Under the pieces are notes generated by a model. It saw nothing but the letters and a program-made list of their open reading frames with translations. It did no database searches and had not been told where the DNA came from. Position numbers and translations under genes: made by a program. 64,000 nt of DNA, taken from a virus. Location of the stretch: the IMG/VR virus record IMGVR_UViG_3300009103_000017, positions 9,907 through 73,906 of that record, one strand, 5' to 3'. Shown piece by piece: positions 31,250-39,375 of this stretch; within the stretch, counting starts at the first letter, position 1; every line of letters begins with the position of its first letter.

Positions 31250-31490
31250 CCGTCAGCATAAAATAGCGTGCTGCCGGTGTCGGATGGTCATGACCGCAAG
31301 TAACGGTTATCCGACGAGTTCTTGGATAATATATTAAAATATAGCGCGATTGTCTATAACCGCGTTCACGTTCTGGTTGTGCCTACGGGCATCGAATGAA
31401 AGCCCAGAGAAAGAAAATAAAATTAGACATAGACTGGCGCAAGGCAAGGCGGCGAGGACAGCCTGCCCCTTGAACTCAAGAGAGGGGTGA
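31250..31490 (+). ncRNA. Candidate structured RNA
   Basis: Intergenic stretch with several stems (GTCGGAT/ATCCGAC, TGCC-TACG-GGCA, CCCCT/AGGGG). Confidence 0.35.
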
Positions 31491-31664
31491 TGGAAAGTTT
31501 GCTTAAAGCAGTGGATTATTGGGATTTGTTACTCGGCGCTTTGATTTTTTTTGGCTTTGCGTTGATATTATTGGTTTCTGATCCTAGTTAACTTAGGTGT
31601 GTAAAAACTTGCGCACCTTTCACAAACATGAGGGTGCCAGCTTGGGGTAATAATCGCCACATTA

Positions 31665-32090
31665 TTGGGTTTTATGTATGCGAATTTCCTTGATTGGGGG
31701 GTTCACATATTGCTGCACAAGCCGAGAGGCAAATCACGATTTAAGTTTCACTGGAAGCACCACAAGATAGCACGAAAAAACGGAAACCACGATCCTGATT
31801 ACAAGACAAAGATCTGGCAAAACGAAACAAAGATAGGAGTAGTAGCGATGCTTCTCCACTCGCCATTACTCTTACTTTTTCCAGCTTTTACAGCGACTGT
31901 CCTCGCTTATGCTTCTGTTTATTTGGTCCTCCATCGTAAATCCCACCAGCATGTTGAATTTTTTAAAAAATGGCTACCATGGCACTATGAGCACCACATG
32001 GGCCGAAATCAGAACGCGAATTGGTGTGTCATATGTCCGCTTATGGACTATTTGATGGGAACAAGGGAGAAATGGCTAAATAAGTCATAA
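31665..32090 (+). CDS. Fatty-acid hydroxylase / sterol desaturase family; start uncertain
   Basis: His boxes HILLH, HWKHH, HRKSH, HYEHH plus TM segments. Confidence 0.8.
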   Translation: MGFMYANFLDWGVHILLHKPRGKSRFKFHWKHHKIARKNGNHDPDYKTKIWQNETKIGVVAMLLHSPLLLLFPAFTATVLAYASVYLVLHRKSHQHVEFFKKWLPWHYEHHMGRNQNANWCVICPLMDYLMGTREKWLNKS

Positions 32091-32097
32091 TTACTAC

Positions 32098-32322
32098 ATG
32101 GCTTTGGAAGTAGGTGATCTTGTCGCATGTTATATCACAAATAGTGAAGAATACGAGTCGCTTATGAGTTGGGGCGTAGTTCTTGATATCAATCCTGCCG
32201 TCGAGGATGTGCTTGTGGTTGATAATGCGGGTCACACCCGCTGGTGGCCAGCAAAACGTTGGCGAATACTAAATAGAAAAAAACCTAATAATTTTCTTGA
32301 CTTACCAGTCAAAACAGTGTAA
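32098..32322 (+). CDS. VGDLV-type small protein
   Basis: LEVGDLV...WGVVL. Confidence 0.55.
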   Translation: MALEVGDLVACYITNSEEYESLMSWGVVLDINPAVEDVLVVDNAGHTRWWPAKRWRILNRKKPNNFLDLPVKTV

Positions 32323-32325
32323 TAT
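32297..32325 (+). promoter_or_regulatory. sigma70-like promoter; nearest recognisable promoter upstream of the tRNAs and array
   Basis: TTGACT-17 nt-TAATAT. Confidence 0.65.
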
Positions 32326-32353
32326 AGTTATATAACAATAAGAAAGGCTTTTC

Positions 32354-32728
32354 ATGGGCTACAGATCTCAAGTCTGCATCGGAATGACAGATGATGCAAT
32401 GAGACTTTTTAGAACAATACTGGACCACCTCCCGGAATCACAAGGGGTTCATTCCTTAATAAAAGATGCACAAACTTCCCGTGCTTATCACCCATGGGGA
32501 GATCAACACAAGGACCCAGAGAAGGACTGCGAAGATAAATTATATTGGGATTCTATCAAGTGGTATGAGGACTATGATGACATAGACTTCATTGAGACTT
32601 TCCTATCGGATTGTATCCCCGAAGAAGACTATAGGTTGGTTCGCGTCGGGGAAGAAAGTAGCGACGTTGAAGAGCGCGGCGACTATTGGGACTCTGAAAT
32701 CTTCGTTGAGAGGAACATCTCATGGTAG
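32354..32728 (+). CDS. Hypothetical phage protein (MGYRS...WY...R.GE pattern)
   Basis: ORF with RBS after promoter. Confidence 0.65.
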   Translation: MGYRSQVCIGMTDDAMRLFRTILDHLPESQGVHSLIKDAQTSRAYHPWGDQHKDPEKDCEDKLYWDSIKWYEDYDDIDFIETFLSDCIPEEDYRLVRVGEESSDVEERGDYWDSEIFVERNISW

Positions 32729-33045
32729 CTCAGGGTAAGCTGGTTAAGGAGGATTGCAGCGTTGAGTCTAAAGCACGCATGGGTACAATCGTGAAGGTTA
32801 CGGATATTGTGCTGCACAAGTCTTCGCAATGGAAGCAAGAAGTGGATCGTTGGCTATCCTACAATAGCAACAATGGTAACAAAGAACCGGACCTGAATAT
32901 GTGTCATGTTATTCGCCCAGGCAAAGTGGTAAGCGTCCGATGGCAAGATGACCCAACGAAGTTAACTGTTCATGTGTTCTACGATGACGCTGGGCCCTGC
33001 TCTTTCTATAGTTATGGCAGCAATTCTGTAGAGATTGTGAATTAG
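32722..33045 (+). CDS. Hypothetical protein
   Basis: Coupled ORF. Confidence 0.55.
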   Translation: MVAQGKLVKEDCSVESKARMGTIVKVTDIVLHKSSQWKQEVDRWLSYNSNNGNKEPDLNMCHVIRPGKVVSVRWQDDPTKLTVHVFYDDAGPCSFYSYGSNSVEIVN

Positions 33046-33216
33046 TCGCTGTTTGTGGCACCGGTATTATAAATTTATTTAAAAGGAGAAGAGATGTTAT
33101 CTTGTGGAGATTTGAGTGATTTTTTGTGGCTGCTTGATCATGGGTACCAAACTGTTTGGCCAACCGAGATGATTAACCTTTGGTATCAGTGTATGATGCT
33201 TGCTTAGGATTTGAAG

Positions 33217-33439
33217 ATGAAGATAGGTGATTTGGTTAAGCTTTCTGCGTATGGAAAGCGGCGTAAAAGGGCTGGATGGATCGAGAAAGATGACATAGGT
33301 CTCATTGTTAAGTTGATAAAGTACAAGGGCGGAACCGGCTGGCCAGACGATTATGAAGTTCGCTGGGTCAAGAGTGACTGGGCAAACACCCCTAGACGCT
33401 GGACACACGAACGCCACAACACCAGAAGAGACTTGGCGT

Positions 33440-33450
<11 letters not shown>
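33217..33450 (+). CDS. KIGDLV-type small protein, paralog of 37752..37982
   Basis: KIGDLVKLSAYG...Y.VRW...H.R..L.Y. Confidence 0.65.
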
Positions 33451-33736
<286 letters not shown>

Positions 33737-33741
33737 CATAT

Positions 33742-33815
<74 letters not shown>

Positions 33816-33823
33816 CAGTATGA

Positions 33824-33907
33824 GGCTGGGTGGTTGGAACTGGTATACACAGCAGACTTAAAATCTGCCGGTCTTAGACCTTGCGGGTTCGAGTCCCGCC
33901 CCAGCTA
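33824..33907 (+). tRNA. tRNA-Leu (TAA)
   Basis: GCAGA-CT-TAA-AA-TCTGC; long variable arm; T arm GCGGG-TTCGAGT-CCCGC. Confidence 0.92.
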
Positions 33908-33921
33908 TAAAGGATATATAT

Positions 33922-34086
33922 ATGAAAGTCGGTGACTTGGTTAGAACACCCCGATACGGAACATGTTATATTATTGTGGGAAGGAGGCGAGATCTTCGTG
34001 ATGCGTTTCTTGTCTACTCTCTTGATGGAAAGATAAGACAAACATTGAACAAACACCTATTGGAGGTTATCAGTGAAAGTCGGTGA
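33922..34086 (+). CDS. Array microprotein (54 aa, below ORF-track cutoff)
   Basis: MKVGDLVRTP...LLEVISESR. Confidence 0.75.
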   Translation: MKVGDLVRTPRYGTCYIIVGRRRDLRDAFLVYSLDGKIRQTLNKHLLEVISESR

Positions 34087-34240
34087 CTTGGTGAAGAACA
34101 AGAGGTCAGACTGGCGAGGAATTGTTCTTAAAATTAAGAATCAACGGCATACCGTCCCGCATATTTTGATTCTTGATACAGAGAGCAGCATTTATTGGGA
34201 GTGGATGAGCGAATACGAGGTTATCAGTGAAAGTCGGTGA
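34073..34240 (+). CDS. Array microprotein (55 aa)
   Basis: MKVGDLVKNK...YEVISESR. Confidence 0.75.
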   Translation: MKVGDLVKNKRSDWRGIVLKIKNQRHTVPHILILDTESSIYWEWMSEYEVISESR

Positions 34241-34397
34241 CTTGGTGAGATTCAAACACCCTGACTTTCAAGAATCGTATGGCGCAGGATTGGTATCGGG
34301 GTTCTGCGAAGAGCACTTTTCAGTCATTGCCTTCTTCGTGGACGAACTTATTCACGCAACCGAAGATGAACTGGAGGTCATCAGTGAAGGTCGGTGA
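34227..34397 (+). CDS. Array microprotein (56 aa)
   Basis: MKVGDLVRFK...LEVISEGR. Confidence 0.75.
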   Translation: MKVGDLVRFKHPDFQESYGAGLVSGFCEEHFSVIAFFVDELIHATEDELEVISEGR

Positions 34398-34575
34398 CTT
34401 GGTGAGACATTACGACGGCGACAAAGGCATTGTAATAGGGTATGCCCCATCGAGCAACTATCCGTATAGGGTGTGGTTTTTTACTAGCAGTAGAAGTCCT
34501 GATTTTCACCATATGTTGCCACAAGCAGATTGGTTTGTAAAGAGCGTGTTTAGGGTTATCAGTGAAAGTCGGTGA
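34384..34575 (+). CDS. Array microprotein
   Basis: MKVGDLVRHY...RVISESR; likely true start is GTG 34384. Confidence 0.75.
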   Translation: MKVGDLVRHYDGDKGIVIGYAPSSNYPYRVWFFTSSRSPDFHHMLPQADWFVKSVFRVISESR

Positions 34576-34747
34576 CGTAATAAAAGTAAGTTCAGTTCTG
34601 GATGGTGTCCATCCGGTTGGAATTGTAATGAAGGTTGTCGAGGAGTCAGAAGACCAGCCTCGCCACATGATGTGTCTTTACCTCGATGGCGACTATGAGC
34701 CGCTAAATTACGACACGGATTTCGAGGTTATCAGTGAAAGTCGGTGA
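34562..34747 (+). CDS. Array microprotein
   Basis: MKVGDVI...FEVISESR. Confidence 0.75.
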   Translation: MKVGDVIKVSSVLDGVHPVGIVMKVVEESEDQPRHMMCLYLDGDYEPLNYDTDFEVISESR

Positions 34748-34934
34748 CTTGATAAGGTTATCTCGCGGTGTTGGCAATCACTTTGAGTTGAAAAGTTATG
34801 TTGCCACCTTAGTCAAGAAGCTGCCAAGAGATGATTCTTATGAATACGACTGGCTCGTTATGACAGACGGCAGATATATTGCACTAGGCAGACAAATAGA
34901 ACAAAACGCGAGGATTCTCAGTGAAAGTCGGTGA
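34734..34934 (+). CDS. Array microprotein
   Basis: MKVGDLI...ILSESR. Confidence 0.75.
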   Translation: MKVGDLIRLSRGVGNHFELKSYVATLVKKLPRDDSYEYDWLVMTDGRYIALGRQIEQNARILSESR

Positions 34935-35133
34935 TTTGGTGAGGCTACCAAAAGATGATCACTATTGGTGGGGCAGCAAGGTGGGCCTTGTAACTGCTCT
35001 AGAGGATAATCATTTAAATCCTGAACTGAGTACTCTCAGAATCATGGTTGCCGTTCCCAGTCCAGAATACAGCTATGTTATGTTTGGTGCTAATTTTGTG
35101 GAGTTAGTAAGTGAAAGTCGGCGATCTCGTTAG
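34921..35133 (+). CDS. Array microprotein
   Basis: MKVGDLVRL...ELVSESRRSR. Confidence 0.75.
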   Translation: MKVGDLVRLPKDDHYWWGSKVGLVTALEDNHLNPELSTLRIMVAVPSPEYSYVMFGANFVELVSESRRSR

Positions 35134-35314
35134 GTGGACGGAAATTGAACAAGTTTATCATATTGCGTGTGCTATCGGGTTTGAAGATCTTGTCGAAGTC
35201 CGCCAACGTGGCGTGATTCTCGACAAGAATCCAAAATATTTCTTTGTATTTTGGGAGAACGGAGATTACCGGGCACAGCCCAGCTCTGATTTGGAGGTTA
35301 TAAGTGAAGCTTAA
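35111..35314 (+). CDS. Array microprotein
   Basis: MKVGDLVRW...LEVISEA. Confidence 0.75.
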   Translation: MKVGDLVRWTEIEQVYHIACAIGFEDLVEVRQRGVILDKNPKYFFVFWENGDYRAQPSSDLEVISEA

Positions 35315-35531
35315 CCCAGGGGATAGTCTTTATTATGAGCCACACTCTGCCTTTGCGGTGTTAATTGAGAGGTTTCCGGATGACCAGGGAAATTATCGTT
35401 GGAGTTACGCGCTTCGCAGTCCCAGATCGCGCGATAACCCAAAGATAGTGGTGGCCATCCGAGAGGACTGTGAGACAAAACTTTTAGGGGCCGTGGAATC
35501 GGGAGAACTAGTGCATTATGAAAGTCGGTGA
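35304..35531 (+). CDS. Array microprotein, divergent
   Basis: MKLNPGD...HYESR. Confidence 0.65.
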   Translation: MKLNPGDSLYYEPHSAFAVLIERFPDDQGNYRWSYALRSPRSRDNPKIVVAIREDCETKLLGAVESGELVHYESR

Positions 35532-35718
35532 TTTAGTGTTTGTAGACGGCTATGAGGTGGGTATTGTTTTGTCAGAGCCTAGGCTCTCGGAAGATTGCTT
35601 ACCGGGCGGCGAAGCTTACCCATACGAACACTATTACCTCGTTGATGTGTTAACTCAGAGCGGCGACCTGGATTGTTTTGAACCAGAGGACTTGGAGCTT
35701 GTCGGTGAAGCAAGGTGA
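35518..35718 (+). CDS. Array microprotein
   Basis: MKVGDLVF...LELVGEAR. Confidence 0.75.
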   Translation: MKVGDLVFVDGYEVGIVLSEPRLSEDCLPGGEAYPYEHYYLVDVLTQSGDLDCFEPEDLELVGEAR

Positions 35719-35962
35719 CCTCATAAGATATAGACTGGATCTTTGGAAGGCGAAGGCCAAGTGTATGGTGAGTAAAAGAATCTTTATTGTGCGCTGGGTT
35801 GAAGAAGAGAACGACTGGGTTTGCGTGTATGGCGTCGAGCCGCCAATACAAATGAGGATGATGGAGATCGTAAGTGAAAGTCGGTGTTTGCTAAATGGAG
35901 AGACAAAAGGTAACCACTTAGAGTCAAGTGGAGTAAGTTTGTCACAGGACAAAAAAGAATGA
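35705..35962 (+). CDS. Array microprotein with read-through extension
   Basis: MKQGDLIRY...EIVSESR, then continues because the junction TGA reads TGT. Confidence 0.6.
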   Translation: MKQGDLIRYRLDLWKAKAKCMVSKRIFIVRWVEEENDWVCVYGVEPPIQMRMMEIVSESRCLLNGETKGNHLESSGVSLSQDKKE

Positions 35963-36150
35963 AAGTCGGTGACTTTGTGAGAGACAATCACCCAACTCGT
36001 TCTAGTATCAACAAGGTTGGTGTAATACTAGAACGAACGCGCCTAGGCACATCGTGCTTAAACAAGTGCTTCAAGATCCTGTGGTGCAACGGCACCATTG
36101 GAAACAACGTGTGGGACTATGACCTGAAGGTAATCAATGAAAGTCGGTGA
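35959..36150 (+). CDS. Array microprotein
   Basis: MKVGDFV...LKVINESR. Confidence 0.75.
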   Translation: MKVGDFVRDNHPTRSSINKVGVILERTRLGTSCLNKCFKILWCNGTIGNNVWDYDLKVINESR

Positions 36151-36337
36151 CTTGGTAAGAACGCAGACCGGCTTTCGGACTCACGGCTTTGTGGTGGCTG
36201 TTGGGTATTCGCAAGAATATACGTGTGTGACCCAAAGCCCGGACTTACATCCTGATCTTTGGGTCATCAACGCTCGTAATGGTGAGAAAGAGAGATGGTC
36301 ATCCTATTATGTGGAGGTAATCAGTGAAAGTCGGTGA
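36137..36337 (+). CDS. Array microprotein
   Basis: MKVGDLVRT...VEVISESR. Confidence 0.75.
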   Translation: MKVGDLVRTQTGFRTHGFVVAVGYSQEYTCVTQSPDLHPDLWVINARNGEKERWSSYYVEVISESR

Positions 36338-36500
36338 TTTGGTTCGATATTGTATCCCCAGTGGGGGCCGCACACCCATCGGGCTGGTGGTTGAAACTGA
36401 CCACGACATAAATCCTAAGTTACCGTACAAGGTCCGATGGACAGACCACACAAGCTCAGAGAGAGACTGGTATGGGAAACGTGAATTGGTGAAATTGTGA
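36324..36500 (+). CDS. Array microprotein (58 aa)
   Basis: MKVGDLVRYC...YKVRW...ELVKL. Confidence 0.7.
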   Translation: MKVGDLVRYCIPSGGRTPIGLVVETDHDINPKLPYKVRWTDHTSSERDWYGKRELVKL

Positions 36501-36709
36501 ATCCCGGAGATCTGATCATGGTTAACGGAGGATTTCATGCTTTGGTGACGGATGTGGAGATGCTTTATCCTGGCAACCCACACTCTCCACCGAGGACACT
36601 CAGCGTTATTTGGGTGAATGGTTCCCCGGCTTGGGCGTTTGGCCCCAAGAGAGAAAAGATTGACGCAATGACAGTAGTAAGGATCTATAGGAAAGAAAGG
36701 AGGAAATGA
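36497..36709 (+). CDS. Array-related microprotein
   Basis: MNPGDLI. Confidence 0.6.
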   Translation: MNPGDLIMVNGGFHALVTDVEMLYPGNPHSPPRTLSVIWVNGSPAWAFGPKREKIDAMTVVRIYRKERRK

Positions 36710-36825
36710 TGGAGTTTCTAGCGACAGTTTTAGCCATTGCTTGTGGTTTGTTTGTTGGGCAAATCGTTATCGACTGGTGGCGACAAGAGTGAGACATCAG
36801 TGTCTCACAAAAAAGAAAAATATCC

Positions 36826-36854
36826 TTGACTTACAACATTAAGTATGATATTCT
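36826..36854 (+). promoter_or_regulatory. sigma70-like promoter
   Basis: TTGACT-17 nt-TATTCT. Confidence 0.65.
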
Positions 36855-36885
36855 ATATATACACTGAGAAATTAAGGAGAGTTTT

Positions 36886-37200
36886 GTGTCCGGTGTCTAT
36901 GAGTCTGAGTTTATATCCGCGAAAAAGAATTTAAATCGTCAAGGTACGAAGGTATTGCACGACATTGCGAACGCTTATGAGACAGGCATCTTCGATGATC
37001 CGAAATCATCGGCGATGTTTTGCTCGCTGCTTGCGTGCATTTGTGAAGGAAAGGTGCAGGGAGTCTTTGACGAAGAGTCTGGTAATATCAAGTGGTCACT
37101 GACTTCTGAGTATTCCGCAGAACTCGAAGCCCTTCGAGAAGCAATGATACAATCAGGTCTCGCATCCGGGAATGTAGTGCAGGGTCCATGGACCCAGTGA
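36886..37200 (+). CDS. Hypothetical protein
   Basis: RBS AAGGAG, GTG start. Confidence 0.6.
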   Translation: MSGVYESEFISAKKNLNRQGTKVLHDIANAYETGIFDDPKSSAMFCSLLACICEGKVQGVFDEESGNIKWSLTSEYSAELEALREAMIQSGLASGNVVQGPWTQ

Positions 37201-37430
37201 AGGGCCCTGTCTTTACCACCGGCGTTCTGGTGCACTTCGTTGACACGAGGAAAACTCAGTACGATTCTCTTGGCATGGTGAGAAAAATCATCAATGGTGC
37301 ACCCAACACATTATATGAGGTGGAGTGGTATGACGTCGATGACGTGGGAATCGAGACATACACTAGAGAAGACTTGGAGCTAGTGCATGAAGATTGGCGA
37401 TTTAGTTCAAAAGCGTATGGGCAGGATTGA
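37188..37430 (+). CDS. Array-related small protein
   Basis: YEVEW...EDLELV. Confidence 0.55.
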   Translation: MDPVKGPVFTTGVLVHFVDTRKTQYDSLGMVRKIINGAPNTLYEVEWYDVDDVGIETYTREDLELVHEDWRFSSKAYGQD

Positions 37431-37599
37431 TCCATACCAGCAGGGAACTATTGGGGTTGTTGTGGGCAAAGAGAGAGAGGATCGAGGATTTAACCCAGCG
37501 TTTTATGGCTATTGGCTTGTGGTTTTGTATGTTGGTTCCGGCCGACCTGCTTACAGGTATAGACCAAGTGAGTTTGAGGTGATCAGTGAAAGTCGGTGA
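37387..37599 (+). CDS. Array microprotein
   Basis: MKIGDLV...FEVISESR. Confidence 0.75.
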   Translation: MKIGDLVQKRMGRIDPYQQGTIGVVVGKEREDRGFNPAFYGYWLVVLYVGSGRPAYRYRPSEFEVISESR

Positions 37600-37765
37600 T
37601 CTGGTGAGATTAAGACAGAAGCGTAACCGAGCCGGCCCAACGGGTATCATCGTAAAGACCCTGTTGTTCTATCCTGGCGTACGCGCCAAGCACCTAGTCC
37701 TTGTTGGCGATAGTTGTTATAAACTCTGCGCTTCAGATTTGGAGGTTATAGGTGAAAGTCGGTGA
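37586..37765 (+). CDS. Array microprotein (59 aa)
   Basis: MKVGDLVRLR...LEVIGESR. Confidence 0.7.
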   Translation: MKVGDLVRLRQKRNRAGPTGIIVKTLLFYPGVRAKHLVLVGDSCYKLCASDLEVIGESR

Positions 37766-37982
37766 TTTGGTAAAATTATCAGCGTATGGTGAAGCGCGCC
37801 AGTATAATGCTTGGTTGGTGGCCAGCGGTGAGCGCAGCAATGTGGGTTTGATAATAAAAGTGAACAAGAATTATAATTATCCTTATGTTGTTAGGTGGGC
37901 GGATACCCACGGGATTAGAACAGTGAATGGTTTTGGAGGCCCCACCCATTCACGACTGGAGTTGAAATATGCACATCGGTGA
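37752..37982 (+). CDS. Array microprotein
   Basis: MKVGDLVKLSAYG. Confidence 0.75.
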   Translation: MKVGDLVKLSAYGEARQYNAWLVASGERSNVGLIIKVNKNYNYPYVVRWADTHGIRTVNGFGGPTHSRLELKYAHR

Positions 37983-38145
37983 TCTGGTGATACTCCGCCC
38001 CCATTGTCGCGACTCCAGCCGGCAAGCGTTAGTCGTCGATGAATTGGCGCATTGTCCCCGCCATGTAGAAATTAAATTCCTAGATAATGGAGAGAGAACA
38101 TTGGCATCAAAGAATAATCTGGATGTTATCAGTGAAAATCGGTGA
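37969..38145 (+). CDS. Array microprotein (58 aa)
   Basis: MHIGDLVIL...LDVISENR. Confidence 0.7.
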   Translation: MHIGDLVILRPHCRDSSRQALVVDELAHCPRHVEIKFLDNGERTLASKNNLDVISENR

Positions 38146-38332
38146 TTTAGTTAGAATGCGATCTCGCTCATTAGAGGGAATATATGGCTTCGGGATTATT
38201 GTTAGGCAACTTCGCAGCACTGCAGAAAGTCCAGGGGCCCCAGCATTCCAAGTTTTTTGGTCCAAGTATGGATTGGGCCGCCGCGTTGCTGCTCATAGTT
38301 TGGAGAAAGTAAGTGAATTTAAAGAGGGGTGA
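38132..38332 (+). CDS. Array microprotein
   Basis: MKIGDLVRM...LEKVSE; likely true start GTG 38132. Confidence 0.7.
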   Translation: MKIGDLVRMRSRSLEGIYGFGIIVRQLRSTAESPGAPAFQVFWSKYGLGRRVAAHSLEKVSEFKEG

Positions 38333-38498
38333 TCAAGTAAGGATCACGAACAAAAACAACATCGAGGGTGAGATCGTGGGGTTCTACGCCCATACAATGG
38401 ATGCGGTAGTTAAGACGAAGACAGGGAACGAGTGGATCGTTAGTCCTGTACATTTAGAATTGGTGGAAAACAAGTGGTGGAAAAGGAAGATAAGATGA
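38313..38498 (+). CDS. Array-related microprotein
   Basis: MNLKRGDQVRI...LELV. Confidence 0.65.
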   Translation: MNLKRGDQVRITNKNNIEGEIVGFYAHTMDAVVKTKTGNEWIVSPVHLELVENKWWKRKIR

Positions 38499-38644
38499 TT
38501 TATCATTTGACATATAGGATCAACAAGGGCCCAAAACAACACATTTACGCAATTAAGAAGATTTGCCAAAAAAAGAAAAAAGATCTTCTTAAAGAGTATG
38601 GTGATAAAATCAAATTTTCTCGTATAGAGAGGGCCTAAGTCGAT

Positions 38645-38717
38645 GGAGCACTGGCGCAAATGGTAGCGCATCGGACTTTTAATCCGCTGGTTCCGAGTTC
38701 GAGTCTCGGGTGCTCCA
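38645..38717 (+). tRNA. tRNA-Lys (TTT)
   Basis: Acceptor GGAGCAC/GTGCTCC; CGGA-CT-TTT-AA-TCCG; TTCGAGT loop. Confidence 0.92.
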
Positions 38718-38733
38718 CAAAAGGATGGTTTTA

Positions 38734-39375
38734 ATGAAAAATAAAATAAACGTGCCAGTTCGTGATGGGGATGATGGATACTATGGGAGAGTTTTTGAAT
38801 CTTCCTACGGTGTTGTAGAGAATAACAAGAGTTCCGTTGATTGCCCCTCTCTGGAATTGGAATTAAAGACAAAGAAAAGAAAATCAAATGCGAGAACGAC
38901 ACTTTTTTGCATGGAGCCTAAGTGGGGGTCTAGTTCGGTAATTCCGAACCTTGCAACGGCTCTAGCTCTGTTTAAGAACAGCACTGGGCGATTGAATACG
39001 TGTATTTCGACCACCGATAGGAACAATCTCAATCTTCAGTTAAAGTTGGTGGGATCACAGTTGTGGCTGAACTACGGAAGTCACGCTATTTGTTATTGGA
39101 ACCTGCCCTCTCTTTTAGAGAGGGCAGAAAGCAAGTTGAAAAATCTGCTGCTGTGTGAACATGACGGCTCCATCGACGAGACCAATAGCTTGGTGGAATT
39201 TAGTTCTTTTGACAAAAGTGGATTTGTTGATCTGTTGGCAAGAGGAAAACTGGTAGTGGAATTTAGACTGAAAGAAAGCGGGACATCGTCCCCTCGTAAC
39301 CGTGGTACGGCCTTCCGCATGTTATCTAAATATATCACAGATCTGTATTCGACGTCGAAGGTGTTCAAGAAATGA
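38734..39375 (+). CDS. MvaI/BcnI-like (MutH-related) endonuclease
   Basis: VD...ELKTKK, TLF..EP.W, RNRGTAFR near the C-terminus. Confidence 0.6.
   Translation: MKNKINVPVRDGDDGYYGRVFESSYGVVENNKSSVDCPSLELELKTKKRKSNARTTLFCMEPKWGSSSVIPNLATALALFKNSTGRLNTCISTTDRNNLNLQLKLVGSQLWLNYGSHAICYWNLPSLLERAESKLKNLLLCEHDGSIDETNSLVEFSSFDKSGFVDLLARGKLVVEFRLKESGTSSPRNRGTAFRMLSKYITDLYSTSKVFKK

Larger units (their letters stand above)
33922..38498 (+). repeat. Array of overlapping microgenes joined by a conserved junction repeat (consensus GAGGTTATCA-GTGAAAGTCGGTGA-CTTGGT)
   Basis: RTGAAAGTCGGTGA exact at 33922, 34073, 34227, 34562, 34734, 34921, 35518, 35959, 36137, 36324, 37586, 37752; variants at 34384, 35111, 35705, 35874, 37387, 37969, 38132. 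Confidence 0.93.

Noticed and set aside
33922-38498. CRISPR array
   Set aside because: Spacers are 120-190 bp intact ORFs, repeats are degenerate and protein-coding, and no cas genes are present.
33922-38498. Classical integron or diversity-generating retroelement
   Set aside because: No palindromic attC sites, integrase, reverse transcriptase or adenine-specific TR/VR pair is visible in the window.
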